From contig CM121343.1 of NCBI GenBank assembly GCA_051530055.1, positions 7,690,044 to 7,754,043 on the forward strand: a DNA stretch of 64,000 bases. The letters run 5' to 3'. Source of the DNA: Neoechinorhynchus agilis (lineage: Eukaryota > Animalia > Acanthocephala). Position 1 is the first letter of the stretch, and each line of letters opens with the position of its first letter. Both the position numbers and the translations under genes were made by a program. This document shows positions 50,601-62,849 of this stretch, piece by piece. A model generated the notes under the pieces. It made no database searches. It had not been told where the DNA came from and was given only the letters and a program-made list of their open reading frames with translations.

Positions 50601-53600
50601 TAACAATGGCACACACGAATCGAGATTCGGCACCGACCGACAGTGATGAATCTACACGAATGCATCTGAGAAGGGTAGAATCCGAATCAGCTATAAATCG
50701 AAGTGAAGATCGAGATACAAGTGATGAGCTACGACTTGATGCGATTGACTCACAGTTCCTGTTCGGCACTCACCTGCAGTCACATGATCTATTTAAACAT
50801 CAGCAACCTGAAGATATACAAGAAGAACAGCCATTAATGGACTCGTCGGATGAGGGAGAAGATGGTGAACCAACAACTAATGCGAGAAAGTGCAAGAAAG
50901 GCACAATCAAAAAACAATCGAAAACAGGTATTTTTCAATACATATACATAATATATTTAAACCTCATGCGAAGAACTTCTCGACTTCCGGCTATGAATAT
51001 TCACACCGTTTTAATGCATTTGCTTTCGTTTTTCATTTTTGTAGCAGCTTATTTGAATTAAAGTGATCACTTGCCCCAGCTCTTTAGCCCAAAATTTCTA
51101 CGATCTATATATTCGGCCATCGTAAAAGCCTTCATAAACGGAACATTATTGAAGCGTATTTGGGTATTAAAAAGGAATTTGAAATGGTTGCAATGAACGC
51201 GTCTTTTCATCATTATTCCATTTTATGGCCAAAACAGGGAACGCACGTTTTTATATGCAAAATTCGCCATCTTAATTTTTGCCTCTAAATAGATTTGAAC
51301 GATATCGAAGGCAAATCAATGTCAACTGCAGCGATTGGCCATGCCTCCTCGACTTTAGAAGATTACCTCTGCTCTGATCTAATGTTAAGCTCCATGGGGC
51401 AAACGGCGGCCAATCTGAACCAGCTTTACTTGCTGAGTATTGATGGGTTCGAAACTATTTCCCAGTTTGACCACAATAAGTCAACTAGTGCACAGCATAT
51501 GTTGCTGGACCATCGCAGAAGAGCAGATGATGAGGACTTCGTTTCCGACGAAATATCTTATAAAGGCAATGGAGAGGAATCAGACGGTGGCCACCACATA
51601 GAAGCAGGAAAGGTATATATCTATTCTACTGAGACAACGCACATTACCCGCAAGTATTTTGTTTGATAGATTGCTTCCTCCACTGCTGCTACTGCCGTCG
51701 CCGCCGCTACCACCACTACTACTACTGCTGCTGCTGCTGCTGGTGGTGGTATTACTACTATCGATCACGTGTTACCGGATCATTGGAGGCACGATCTTCA
51801 AGCGACACCACTAAATTCAAGCCGCATTGTGAGAACTCAGCGTAGTTTTAAGACAGGAAACATGCATGAAAGGTATCAGAGCCAGGAACATAGTTTTCTG
51901 GTCAGCTTTATTGCCGATGCTCAAGGAGGGAAAATGATCGGCTGTCGTCAAAAAAACGTCATGTTTATCATTCCACCAAAGAGTGCCAGCTGCCCCACCC
52001 GGATCACTTGTCGCTTTCTTCGGGTGCCAACTTTGTCTGCTGTCGAGAGCGGCGATATCAATCAGTCTGATGGAAACTCTGGTCCTAATACCCGCCTTAG
52101 TTCATTCGATCGTTCAATTTGCCCCCCTCTCAATGACGGCGAAGGACTCGCATGTGGGATTATTGAGTTGAATCCCGTTGGATACAAGTTTCTTAGACCC
52201 GTGTCCCTCGATGTTCCACATTCGGCTGCCCTTCATGCCGGTCAACGTGAAATCGTTATTTATCGCAGCGATAATGGTGAGAAATGGGAAGAGCACCTTT
52301 GCAATCATAAATTGTTTATGAACCCACCATCAGATGATCGCGCTTCTTCTGATATTCGCATTGCACGGATAATTACGGAGGATCTCCCTCGATATTTTGC
52401 TCTTGTATCTCGACTAGCGTTTGATTCATACAACGTCGATGAATCTGGACGAACGATATCTTCCACGTTTGTACCGAAGGCAATAGCAGTTATTCCCGAA
52501 AAGGCATTGATTAAACCTGTAAAAGTATCTTTACAAGCAATCACAGTTGAACCGCCTGCCTCCGCCACTACAACTAAGCAAAGTGTAGGAGTGGTAAATA
52601 GTTCATCTTGTGGGTCGGAACAGCAAAGGCTAATATGCAACTTTCTAGGCAAGTCGTCTTCCTTAAGCCCCATCGTAACGATCGAACCTCGTCGAAGGAA
52701 ATTCCATAAGCCTATAACGATTGTCATTCCACTTCCATCAACACTCTCGAGCAAAGACAACCCTGTAGGTCGAAATTCAGCGGACGTACGATCTTTGCGA
52801 CTCTTCTGCTCAATTACTGGCGGTACGCATGCAGCCCATTGGGATGACATAACTGGACATACTCCGTTGACACTTCAGAATCACGACTCCACGGCAACAT
52901 TCACATCAACAGTCTCGGCCAGATTTTGGTTGATAGATGCACCTGATTTAATCGGATCCAAACAGCATTCTCAAGAAGCGTTTTATGGAGATAAAAATGG
53001 GCCCGGCGCAACTAAGGAAAGAGCGGGTGAATCAGATGAGGCCATGGGCTCTAATGCTGTCACGGTTAACCTTGTCAAGCAAGTCCAGAATTTGTACCGA
53101 GAGCTGATGGCTGTACCATACATGGTAACGATTGTAGTGTTCGTCAAGTCGACAATGGTTCCTTGCGTTAGGCGAACCGAGAATGTACAGTTGCCTCATA
53201 CAAAACAAGCGGTCATTCTTGGTGGTCGCTGTATGACAATTAGGTTAGTCTGCCTAACCGACACTTACGACCTAGAGAATCTCTTGGAAAGCAAAGAAAA
53301 TTTCGTTGAAGCTTCACGAAGTAAAGAGATCGAACTTTTGAACAGAAAACCACTTATTGTTGAATACTGCTCTGATAGCGATGAGCAAGGAACCAAAAAA
53401 ATTGCACGATATCAGATGCCATTCGTAGTATTCACTCATAATCGATTAGAATTTAATATCCCTGAAGGAAGTTCTGAAAAAGGAGTTATATCTTTGTATC
53501 AACCTCGGTTCCCGGGTGACAATCAGGCTAGTGCATTCTGTCACCTTACAGTGCGACCGATTGTCAAGGGAAATGGCTTTGTAGAAACAAACCTACAATC

Positions 53601-54135
53601 AAAACTGGATTTATCGGAGAGGAGCTTAAAGCATATTTCTAATTTAATAGGAGACGACTGGTTTTTGATCGGTGAACAATTAGGGATTACAAAAACATTG
53701 ATTGATTCATTTCGCACATTATCGCCGGAAGCGGATAATGTTGAAATGTCGGCTCCGTGTTATCAGGCTTTCGCCATGTTAACGTATTGGTCATCAGGCC
53801 CAAATGCTGACATTAGAGTACTTGAACGAGTTTTGTCCAACACGAGACACGGTATGGTTATCAATGAAGATTGTGGCTCACTAAACGTGGTGCGACAGGA
53901 AGAGGTTGGTTGCTGTGAAGATGGCGAGGACAGTAGTGGTTTCCAGCAATTTATCAATTGGGGTTCTACGAGTAAAGACATGTTCACCATTTCAACTTCA
54001 CAGAGCGAAACTGAGAGGGAAATCGTATCTGCTGTAGGTGGCCTAATCAATGCAACTGGTCGAGCAACCACAGCGATCGACATCGAAAACGCCTTCGATG
54101 ATTCGTCTGCATTGAACAATAAAGGCTCCAGTTGA
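47643..54135 (+). CDS. ANK: Ankyrin (ANK1-3/unc-44 type): ~23-24 ANK repeats, linker, ZU5-ZU5-UPA, death domain; introns 48549-48682, 50928-51292, 51613-51669
   Basis: Tandem GxTPLHxAA repeats. ZU5 motifs FLVSFIADAQGGKM and PPLNDGEGLACGIIEL. Also IVTIEPRRRKFHKPIT, FTSTVSARFWL, and death domain DLSERSL..ISNLIGDDW..IGEQLG. Confidence 0.95.
51670..51745 (+). repeat. Coding trinucleotide low-complexity tract (Ala/Thr/Gly runs) in the ankyrin linker
   Basis: (act)n(gct)n(ggt)n encodes TAATAVAAATTTTTTAAAAAGGG in the ankyrin frame. Confidence 0.8.
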
Positions 54136-54669
54136 AGTCATGTATGAGAGTGCATGTACCAGTGTATGTGAGTTTGCACGAGTGAGGCTCATATGCCTGC
54201 CGCCAGGTCTGAATGTTTATCTGAAGATTTATGAATGGAAACATGCTATCCAAGTTTCACTCGAACTGGTTTGCAGCACACTGTGGCAATTCAAACAGCA
54301 TTCATCAGATATAAAAACTCGTCGCAAGAAATCGTCATCATTGGATTTCCGTTCAGACTTCCGATACGGTTTTAAAGATGCTTGATAAACGCACTCTATT
54401 TTTGGCCAAAATTCACTTTTGATCGATATCGATGCTACACGCGAGCTTTGCGGACTTTTACTCGAGCAAGCGACTTTTGGAACTTTGTAATCAACGTAGG
54501 CAACCTTTATGCCGCATGAATTCGTTTTTTTTATTAAACAGAGCTCTGCGAACGTATTTCGTATTGTGAATTTGCTGTCTCTAGAAACGTACCGACGCGA
54601 AAATATTTTTATGCAAGCTGTAATGGAAAATCCAGAGATATCCAAATGTCTTACCCTTAACCAAGTGCT

Positions 54670-55230
54670 TTGAAATCGTCCCCTCGACCTCAAACAGCTC
54701 TTCCGATCAGCCACTTCTTCCTTTTCCGATCAATCATGTCTCCTCTGTTCGTATCATTGGTCAATATTCTCATGAAAATCTCAATTGAGACAAGCACACA
54801 TCAATTTTGTTGCATAAATGGTCCATTAAACTTTATCTTCTTAAGCGCCTTCGATTCCTTGGAATGCCATCCAAAGATCTTAAATACTTTTATAACTTCG
54901 TCATAATACCAACGCTCACCTACGCGCATATCCAACCTCCTGCAATTTTTCTTCTAACCTTTTCCAAAAACTAAATACATTTCACAAGAGGTGCGCTCTA
55001 ATCTACTCCTCCGAACTCGTGCCCTTAGAAAAAGACCTCTCTCTAATCCTTCAAAAGCACTCAAAGCGCCTTCATTCTCTTCCTCCTCGATTTCAACCAC
55101 ACATTTCACCTTTTACTCACACTTACAACACTCGCGTCGCCTCGGCATTTTCCATCCTTCAGTTCCTGGCACAAATCTCTGTCTCAATTCGTTCTTCCCC
55201 ACAGCTCAATCCTCCAAATGTGAATGCGGA
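54670..55230 (+). mobile_element. L2/CR1-type LINE 3' fragment
   Basis: LYLLKRLRFLGMPSKDLKYFYNFVIIPTLTYA is the same family as 40120-40560; degenerate. Confidence 0.65.
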
Positions 55231-55509
55231 GGAAAGAGCGGAAAACAACAACCAACAACTAACGTTTTGGAACTGTATAGATGGAACAATAAAAAAACCT
55301 GTCCAAAACTTACTAGTTTCACTGCATACCAAAGGTACATGGTCCGGCGGCATGTATTATCCCAAATAAAACTTGTTATTATTAAATTCCTAGCAAAAAT
55401 CGGGACCTTCCTTTTTTCATAGAATTAAGTCAAATCGCCGCTGTCACTTCAATTTTATTCCAAGAAAAGAAATATATTGGCGTAAATCAACAATTATTAT
55501 TCATGCAGT

Positions 55510-56491
55510 TCAATTTAGAGTTTTTGTGCCCAACGCGCTGATCAATGTTTTCGAAATAAAGTTCCGAAATCTCTTGTATGTAAGAGCATATAATGCAAAG
55601 TTGAACGCATGGCTGCTATATCCAATCAGATATATATAATAAATAAGATTTCCATGTTTTACGACGAATTGTGGATCGAATTGAAGGAGCATCAGCGGCG
55701 TCTTGCATATGGCAAAAACCAAGTCTACCGCAATGAGTATATACACAGAGTGGCGAACCTTTCCGATTAAATTTTGTTTATTGTTTCGTCGAAGTTGTAG
55801 TATTATTAAAGATGAACATGTGACCATAGTCAGAAAGGGTAGTAAAATATATGTTAAAAAATCGAACCAGTTCATGAAACCTATAAATATAATTTCGGAT
55901 GGCCAACCGTGTAAGCTTGGACATTTAAAGAATCCAGATTGACTGAAATTCGAGTTTAAGTTGAAGTTGATTGTAAAAATCATCTGTGGAATACTTAATG
56001 CTGAAAACACCAAAACAATTGCTCCCGTTACTATGTAGGCAATATTAGCCTTTCGTGAGATTCCCTTGCATTTTTTAGTGGATACAGCCAATGAACGTTC
56101 GAATGAAATGGCACATTGTATCCAAGCTGCAGAATTTGTTGTGAAGGCAGTAAGTCTCATCGAGTGACAGTAGCAACCAGAACGATAAGACTTACTTTCT
56201 TATATAAATCAAAGCGGTTACCACAGCACAGCACAGTTTACCTCGGTCTCTGACACTGATTTCGTCAACGAAATCTGACATTGTTAGAATAACAACAGCT
56301 ATATCCAGCATGGATAGGTGTAACAAAAGTCGGTAAGTTCCTCTTGTACGAAGGTGGGCGAGCCTAAACATGTAAATGGAGAAACCATTGCCTAGAACAC
56401 CGATCACGATGATAGGAATAGCCATAACTCTGACTTCATATGGATTCGGTTCAATTTCTGCGACAACTAGAGATCCAAATGCTGATTTCAT
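55510..56491 (-). CDS. Rhodopsin-class GPCR, peptide/FMRFamide-receptor-like; two exons with a 40-nt intron (56195-56156)
   Basis: TM1 IGVLGN; TM2 LSMLD; TM3 AWIQCAISFERSLAV; TM5 ILLPFLTMVTCSSLII; TM6 FAICKTP; TM7 NFALYALTYKRFR. ~310 aa. Confidence 0.88.
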
Positions 56492-56762
56492 TTTTTAACT
56501 AGAGATGTAAACAGGAAAGTTCGTAGGAGTTGTAGCATTTCATTTAGCATTAGCTCTTTCCTGGAAACTGTCAGGTGCACGGCGGGATTTGTATTGATAC
56601 GGAGTTCGACGACTATACTGCAGCGCATTAAAAACGCACTCCCATACGTGCCACTCATATGGATCAAAAGCAAAAACAATAACCTATTATTACACTGAAC
56701 AAGCGTAAATCTTAAAACAAGCCTTGAAATACCCATACTCAAATTTAATGTGACAGTGAAAT

Positions 56763-58657
56763 CTATCTCTTACAAACAAGCAAATAGAGTTCCTTTGTCA
56801 AAGTGGATACAAAGCATGGAACTTGCCTCTTACCTGACATCGACTTTTGCCGACACTGCGATTCAAAATCGTAAGCCACTCGACGATTAATTAGTGTAAG
56901 CAATCGCATAACTTCTATATCTCCGTTATTCATGTTAGCTTCTAGGACTCTACAAAATGCTTGTATATACCATGAGCCCTTTTCAGTATTACGCCAAGAC
57001 AGATAGCCAGGAACTGTACTGTGGGTCCATCGATCTCAATCGCATCCTCAACGGAAAAGGTCATTTTAGATATTACAATCTGTTCAAATAACACTACAAG
57101 TCCTAAAATGCATAGTTTTTCGGAGAACAAAAAATAATCACTATCGGATAAATTCGAAAATTGTTTTTTGTAACCTTAGGTTCAAAAGTGCGAGATCGAT
57201 TTAAAGTACAACCGAATTATTAGTACGGTATGAATAAAGTCTAAATAAAACATACATGAATCAACTGCGATTTTTAATCATAAATTAGATAGCGAGCATG
57301 GCACTTTGAAACGATGCATCATATACCGACGATATTCTCCCAGAATTCAAAACAATAAAAATTAAAATTCGATCAATGAAATTGATGCCGTTTTCGCAAT
57401 TCAAAAACGGCATGTCTTCGATCATTCAGCGAACGCGGATATGCAATGGATTATCACCCAAAATTTAAAAGGCTCAGAGCTGCTAAAATTAAGGTTGCTA
57501 AGGTAACGCATTAGGCATTTTTTCAATTTTCCCAATGACACTTCTTATCCTAGTGGTACGGTTATTCGCCGTATATTTTTAGAATTGTGGTGAGGATAAT
57601 CCCGCATAAAAGATATTTCAATTCAATAAAATATGATATACCCGGGTCATTATGATCACTACAATTAAAACTCTATCATCCCGTAGGATTTTATCTCGAT
57701 GATTAATATGTTTCGTGAAAACAGTGGCGAATTTCAAAAAATTATAAAGCAATGATCTAAGATAAGAGGTGTTAATCTCTTCTTATTGAAAAATCAGATA
57801 TAGCTCAAAACATGAAACAACCGTAAGCATTACAGTTCTCGAAAAAGAAATTTATAATAAGGATATGTGTTTTATCTAACTTCATTTTACAGATTTACGG
57901 TCGATCTATCGAGCTAGTAAAAAATGCAGCCTTAGAAGAAAAACTACAGCACACAAAAAACATCACAGATCCATTTTCTAATCACACAGGAAACGGACCC
58001 AAACAATTGAGATCAATCGACATAGATGAGAAGAATATCAGCTTCAAGTGGTATTCTAGGAGTACTGTAATTCGCGATGTCGTCAAATTCAAACGCGAGT
58101 CCATTTCGATCAACACCGGGCATTAACTTGTCACCTCTACAGGCTTGGAAGATAAAGATCTTAGGCTTGCCGATCAAACCCTTCGCCCGTTTAAATGGTT
58201 CCGTGAGTTGATCAACAGCGATGGATCGGTCGATTCCATACATGACCCCATTTTCTCCATGAGTAAGGATAGCACACATAAAGCAGTCATTATTTTGATG
58301 GCATGTATCGGCTGCCGTAAAAGACAGTACTTTAATCATTTCGATCGCCCTTAGGTCGCAATATAGCATGACGTCGAATCCTAATCGACTCAGCACATCT
58401 TCCAATAATTGAGCGTCAATGTTTGTTCCGTGTCTAGTTTCCAGCCCTGTTGTACGCTCAAAATGCTTGTTGCTAATTATGAGAGCAATTCCTTTTCGAT
58501 GAAAGCTCATCGGGTATGCTACTTCATCACTGAAAAAGTTCAACGTCACCGCAGAATTCACTAAGCAATTATCACATTCGTTCAACAATTTCTCCTCAGA
58601 CCGGTTAACTCTATACTTGAACTGACCACGGATAAAAGATTGTAATAGGCCACCCAT
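56763..58657 (-). CDS. Effector-type caspase (caspase-3/7-like) split by a ~1-kb TIR-bounded insertion; p20 exon 58657-58022, p10 exon 57020-56763
   Basis: p20: GIALIISN..F, R.GT..D, ILTHG, GKPKIFIFQACRG, IPLEADILLIY. p10: STVPGYLSWRNTEKGSWYIQAFC...QVPCFVSTLTKELYL. Neither half has stops or frameshifts. Confidence 0.88.
57025..58021. mobile_element. Non-autonomous MITE-like DNA element, 997 bp, 18-bp imperfect TIRs
   Basis: GTCCATCGATCTCAATCG (57025-57042) versus the reverse complement GTCGATTGATCTCAATTG (58021-58004), 15/18 identical. The flanks GTGG and ATAG are each one transition from a 4-bp GTAG target duplication. AT-rich non-coding interior. Confidence 0.7.
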
Positions 58658-60189
58658 TCGAACACCAATATTTAGATTTTGTAACACCAAGTATTAAACT
58701 CAATTCAATTGTACGTCGAATAGATATGTAATGAACGCCAATACTGTGACGCATTAATTGTTCGTTGCACTTAGATTCGTTTAATTTACTACCAAGGCCT
58801 TAGAGACCGTCCACAAATCAAATGTAACCCTTAAATCTTTTACGATTTTGGACAAATACTCGGTTTCATAGCTTTAATGCCAAAAAAATTATTTCGGCGC
58901 CGATATTCCAGTCGTCAGCCGAGTGATTTAAAAAATGGTCAATTACGAGGGAGCTTTTAATGTATGTCAACTCTATCCGCGTTTCTTTGGGGTTTTTCTT
59001 GAATTCGGTTGGCCACAGGAAACAGTCGATGGGATTAGCCATCATTTGAAGATGTAGAATACGACAAATTCTAGTTTTTCAACGTGGTATCGATGATGAG
59101 AAGGTTTCGTATCACGATTCAAATAAGCTATCGATACAAATAACTCCCAAGGAATCTCAATGCGCTCATAGAATCATTCATTCGGATAATGCACTCGTCC
59201 AAATTGACCAGCATTCACACGTAATCGTCAATGAACCGTTTAAATGCCATTCTTTATTCATTTGAATTACAAGCTCAATTTTGAGGAGAGAAACGTCGAT
59301 AGCCAGCAGATTCAAACGAATTTCATTGAAAAACGTTGAATTTGCCAATAAAATAATTCAGCTCCGATCACCCTGTTATTTAAAACTTTTTATTCAGCTT
59401 AGTCATCAGACCTGCTAGTCGAAAAAATAAGGTAGATTTTCTAAATCACTCATCAAGAATACTCAACAGCCGATTTTTAAATACGAATTCTATGCATCGT
59501 TTTTCTCAGATGGAAAACCAGTGTCCAGATCGCAAGCCGGAATTCGCTATTCCCAACTAGAGAAACGGTTGATTTTTGATAATTGCTCGGCCATCCGTCG
59601 ATCACGTGCTAGATCAGCCGATCCTTTTCCGTCTAATTCATTGTACGGCTTCGTTATTTCTTGGGATTGATCTTTTCCCACCGAAGGACACTCCTTGTCT
59701 GAAACGTACGGATTACTCAGAATTTGCATGTTCCTTATTTCCATTTTAAGTTTTCTAGTAATGTGACGTTTCAATCCACTTGTCAACGGGGGAAAAGCTC
59801 GATGCTTTCTATAGATGAACTTTGTTTACAACCAATGCTTAAATCGGCAACTTAGAACTAACCCAGTAGTCACACTTCCTGGAATCCTTACAAATTTCAA
59901 GTAATTTGAAATCCTACGACTCTCATAGAGCCAACCCGTGAGTCGCATATCAAATGAAGAACTCGCCGGTACACTAATTGTTTTAACGAAAGTTTATCTG
60001 GAAGAATCCTGACATGGTCAGGTGATAATGCATGTCAGGATACTTCCCGATAGACTTTCGATAAAATCAATAAACGCACCATTATATTGGATATGCCTGT
60101 ACTCTTATTGATTCTTCCCGATTGTACTATGATGATGCACGGTCGCTGGTCGCATATTTTGAACCATTTAATACGGCACTTTTGAATAT

Positions 60190-60470
60190 TGGGGAAGTAT
60201 GAAAATTCAATAAACTTTCTTTTGCAAATAATCTTTTTATTGTTTCTTTTTTTAAAGGACAATTTTAGATTAAATCGTCCCCCGGACGCTGACCGCATTT
60301 CCTCGTTGGATTGCGAGGCTTATTCTTTGTATCAGGAAAATCCTCTCGCGTCGCTCCCCTGTTTGTGCTGCAAGTCGTCTTCCGAGTTCGGCACAAAAGC
60401 TTCGTGCCGAAGATCCCAGCGCCCCTTGTGTTTCCACGCCAACTGTAATGTCCGACGACATAACTAGTTT
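60190..60470 (-). mobile_element. 5'-truncated CRE 3'-end fragment
   Basis: VGVETQGALGSSARSFCAELGRRL...FLIQRISLAIQRGNAVSVRGT*, followed by an A-rich 3' UTR. Confidence 0.8.
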
Positions 60471-60479
60471 TTTACGATC

Positions 60480-62800
60480 TTTCGCTAACCCTCACAACAC
60501 ACCGTGTTCATTTATATACTCATGACGCCGATCGATATGTGCACAACGGGGTTCAATGTGCATATTTTAATTGCGCGCCGCCGATTGGTTCGGACATGTG
60601 CAGTTTTCAATGCCAAGAAGATGGCACTGCTCATCTCAATGTCACTCAGAAACCTCCCGACCCCGGGTTTAGCGGCATAAGGCCGCCCAAAGTGGATTCG
60701 AGCGATCGCTCGTATCACTGACCATCATGAAGTTATTTGCCCTCCTCTCCCAACTTTCATACAAGAGGTTGCTCGTTCTTATATGCATAGCAAAGAAAGG
60801 CTTGCATTTGAGGCCAATAGTTTCCTCACAAACTGCAGTTTTTAATAGCTGTGGACATGATGCGATCCTATGGAACCTCTCTAATAACTCCCTATTGAAT
60901 AGGAAATTCAAACTGGCTTCACATAATATCCACTTTTTTAATTTGGCTGCTAGGATATCCCTCAATACTAGTCAATCATCTTCTCTTTACGAAATAATGT
61001 CCTTGCCGAAGCAAGTGACTCATTTCTGACAGTAGTGTCTAAGCGCAATTTCGCGTCTACTAAGCCCCGGCTTCTGAATTTATATGGGAAACAATTGTTT
61101 TTAGCTCGTTCGGAGGGTAATCAGATGGCAGCTAAGTGTTGGTCTTCCCTTTATTGGCCATGTCGGTCTAGATATCAAATGTCGTGTGATATAAGAGCGA
61201 TCGAGTCTTTAGTTCCCTACTCCTCTCAATGGTGGCGAATAGCATCCAAAAAAGTTTTGTCTCCTGGAAGAGGGCGGCGGACGCCTGGATTAGGGAGGCT
61301 GGGATTCCCAGTGTGGTGGCCGATCTGTGCACAGAACATTCAGCTGGTTGCTCTAACATCCCAGTCCATCTCGAGTTTTTGCCCATCAAACGCCATAGAC
61401 CGGATCTTTCTGCTAATGACATAATTAAGGTTTGGGGGTCAAAAAATCTCTCCTCCTCAAATAGTAAATCCGCTTCCTTTAAGGCCTCAAATGTTCTATC
61501 TGAGGAGAATGTTGACTATATTGCAAGGGCCTTGGTACGAGCTCCGCCACAAGAGTGGGGTTCGATTAATCTGGCAAAACGCATATTTCTAGTGAAAGAC
61601 AAACGTCGAAAAATATCATCAGTCAACGATGTTCGGCCTATCTCCATACAAAACTCCTTAGTCTCGATTTACGAGAGAGCTCTTGCCCGATACATTTTGG
61701 AGTTTGCGGTGGAGCACAATTGCGTTGACCCACGCTGCCACGGGTTTCTACCTGGGAAATCGGTGCACTCATCAATTAGGGAGATCGCCAGTCATTTCTA
61801 CAATAATCAAAACTCAACGAACTTATTGATTTCGTTTGATATATCCCGGGCATTTGACAACATCAATATATACTTTATCATTAATATTCTTAAATTCTTT
61901 GATTTTCCGTACAATATCATCGCTCGGGTCTCTAATACATTAAGGTCTAAATCCTTTTTCTTCCAAGACGATCCCGTTAATAGCACATATTATCAGACCA
62001 AAGGAGTTCCTCAGGGTTCCCCGCTGTCCCCTATACTCTTCTGCCTCGCCACCCAGTTTATCATACAGAACTGCAGGGTCTGCAAAGCCATCTCCATCTA
62101 CGCAGACGATATGACTGCGGCCATTAAGGAGGTCAATTATCTGCGAGCTAAAAAACGGCTTCTCGCTCTCTTAACTTTTCTTGAAGACGCACTCCCTATG
62201 ATGGGTCTGCAGCTGAACCCCAAGAAAACCCAGTTTATTATTAAATCCAAGTCACGGACGGGCAAAATAAAGCTTTTGGAGGCATTCAACAATTTTTTGG
62301 TACCAATATTAACAAAACCTCCTCTAAGCTGACCATTTTGGGTTATTCATTTACGGCTAATTTCTCCCCCTTTCATGACTTAGCCAAACTTAAAAAATAA
62401 TTAAAACTTGCGAACATAAAGGCACGAAGACCTCAACGGATAGGCCTTCCTTTGAAGTGTATTCGTTCAGTTTGGAACGCATGGGCTATTTCGGACCTTG
62501 TTTTTACTCCTGCGGCCGACCACCTGACCAACGTATGGTATTCCGCGATACCTTCCTTAAAGCTCTCCAACATCTTCAATACCCTTGGGCGCATACTACA
62601 GATTGGTCCGACAAAACGTACCGATGGATCGACTTTAAAATATCCTGAATCGCTATCCTCACTGTCCGATCCAAAATTTGTAAATACATTGCGATTCCTA
62701 ACGAATAAATCCTTGTTGTGCCGATCGATACTTGGCCCGCATCACATCTTCTCCTTCTTTTTGGGAATCATACCTCTGATGCGGCCTACGCTCCCTTGAA
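60480..62800 (+). mobile_element. Degenerate non-LTR retroelement RT (same family as 41050-45150)
   Basis: ORF 61229-62332 has DVRPISI, GFLPGKS, FDISRAFDNI, GVPQGSPLSPILF, YADD and LNPKKT. The EENVDYI motif is shared with PKNVDII in the other copy. Frameshifted flanks. Confidence 0.75.
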
Positions 62801-62849
62801 CTCCGTCTTGGTAGCGTGATTGGTCGAGCCGCCCTTGCCATTCGCATGT

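Noticed and set aside
54229-54714. 161-aa minus-strand ORF downstream of ankyrin
   Set aside because: It starts inside a LINE fragment, has no recognisable motifs and no convincing splice structure. Not supportable as a gene.
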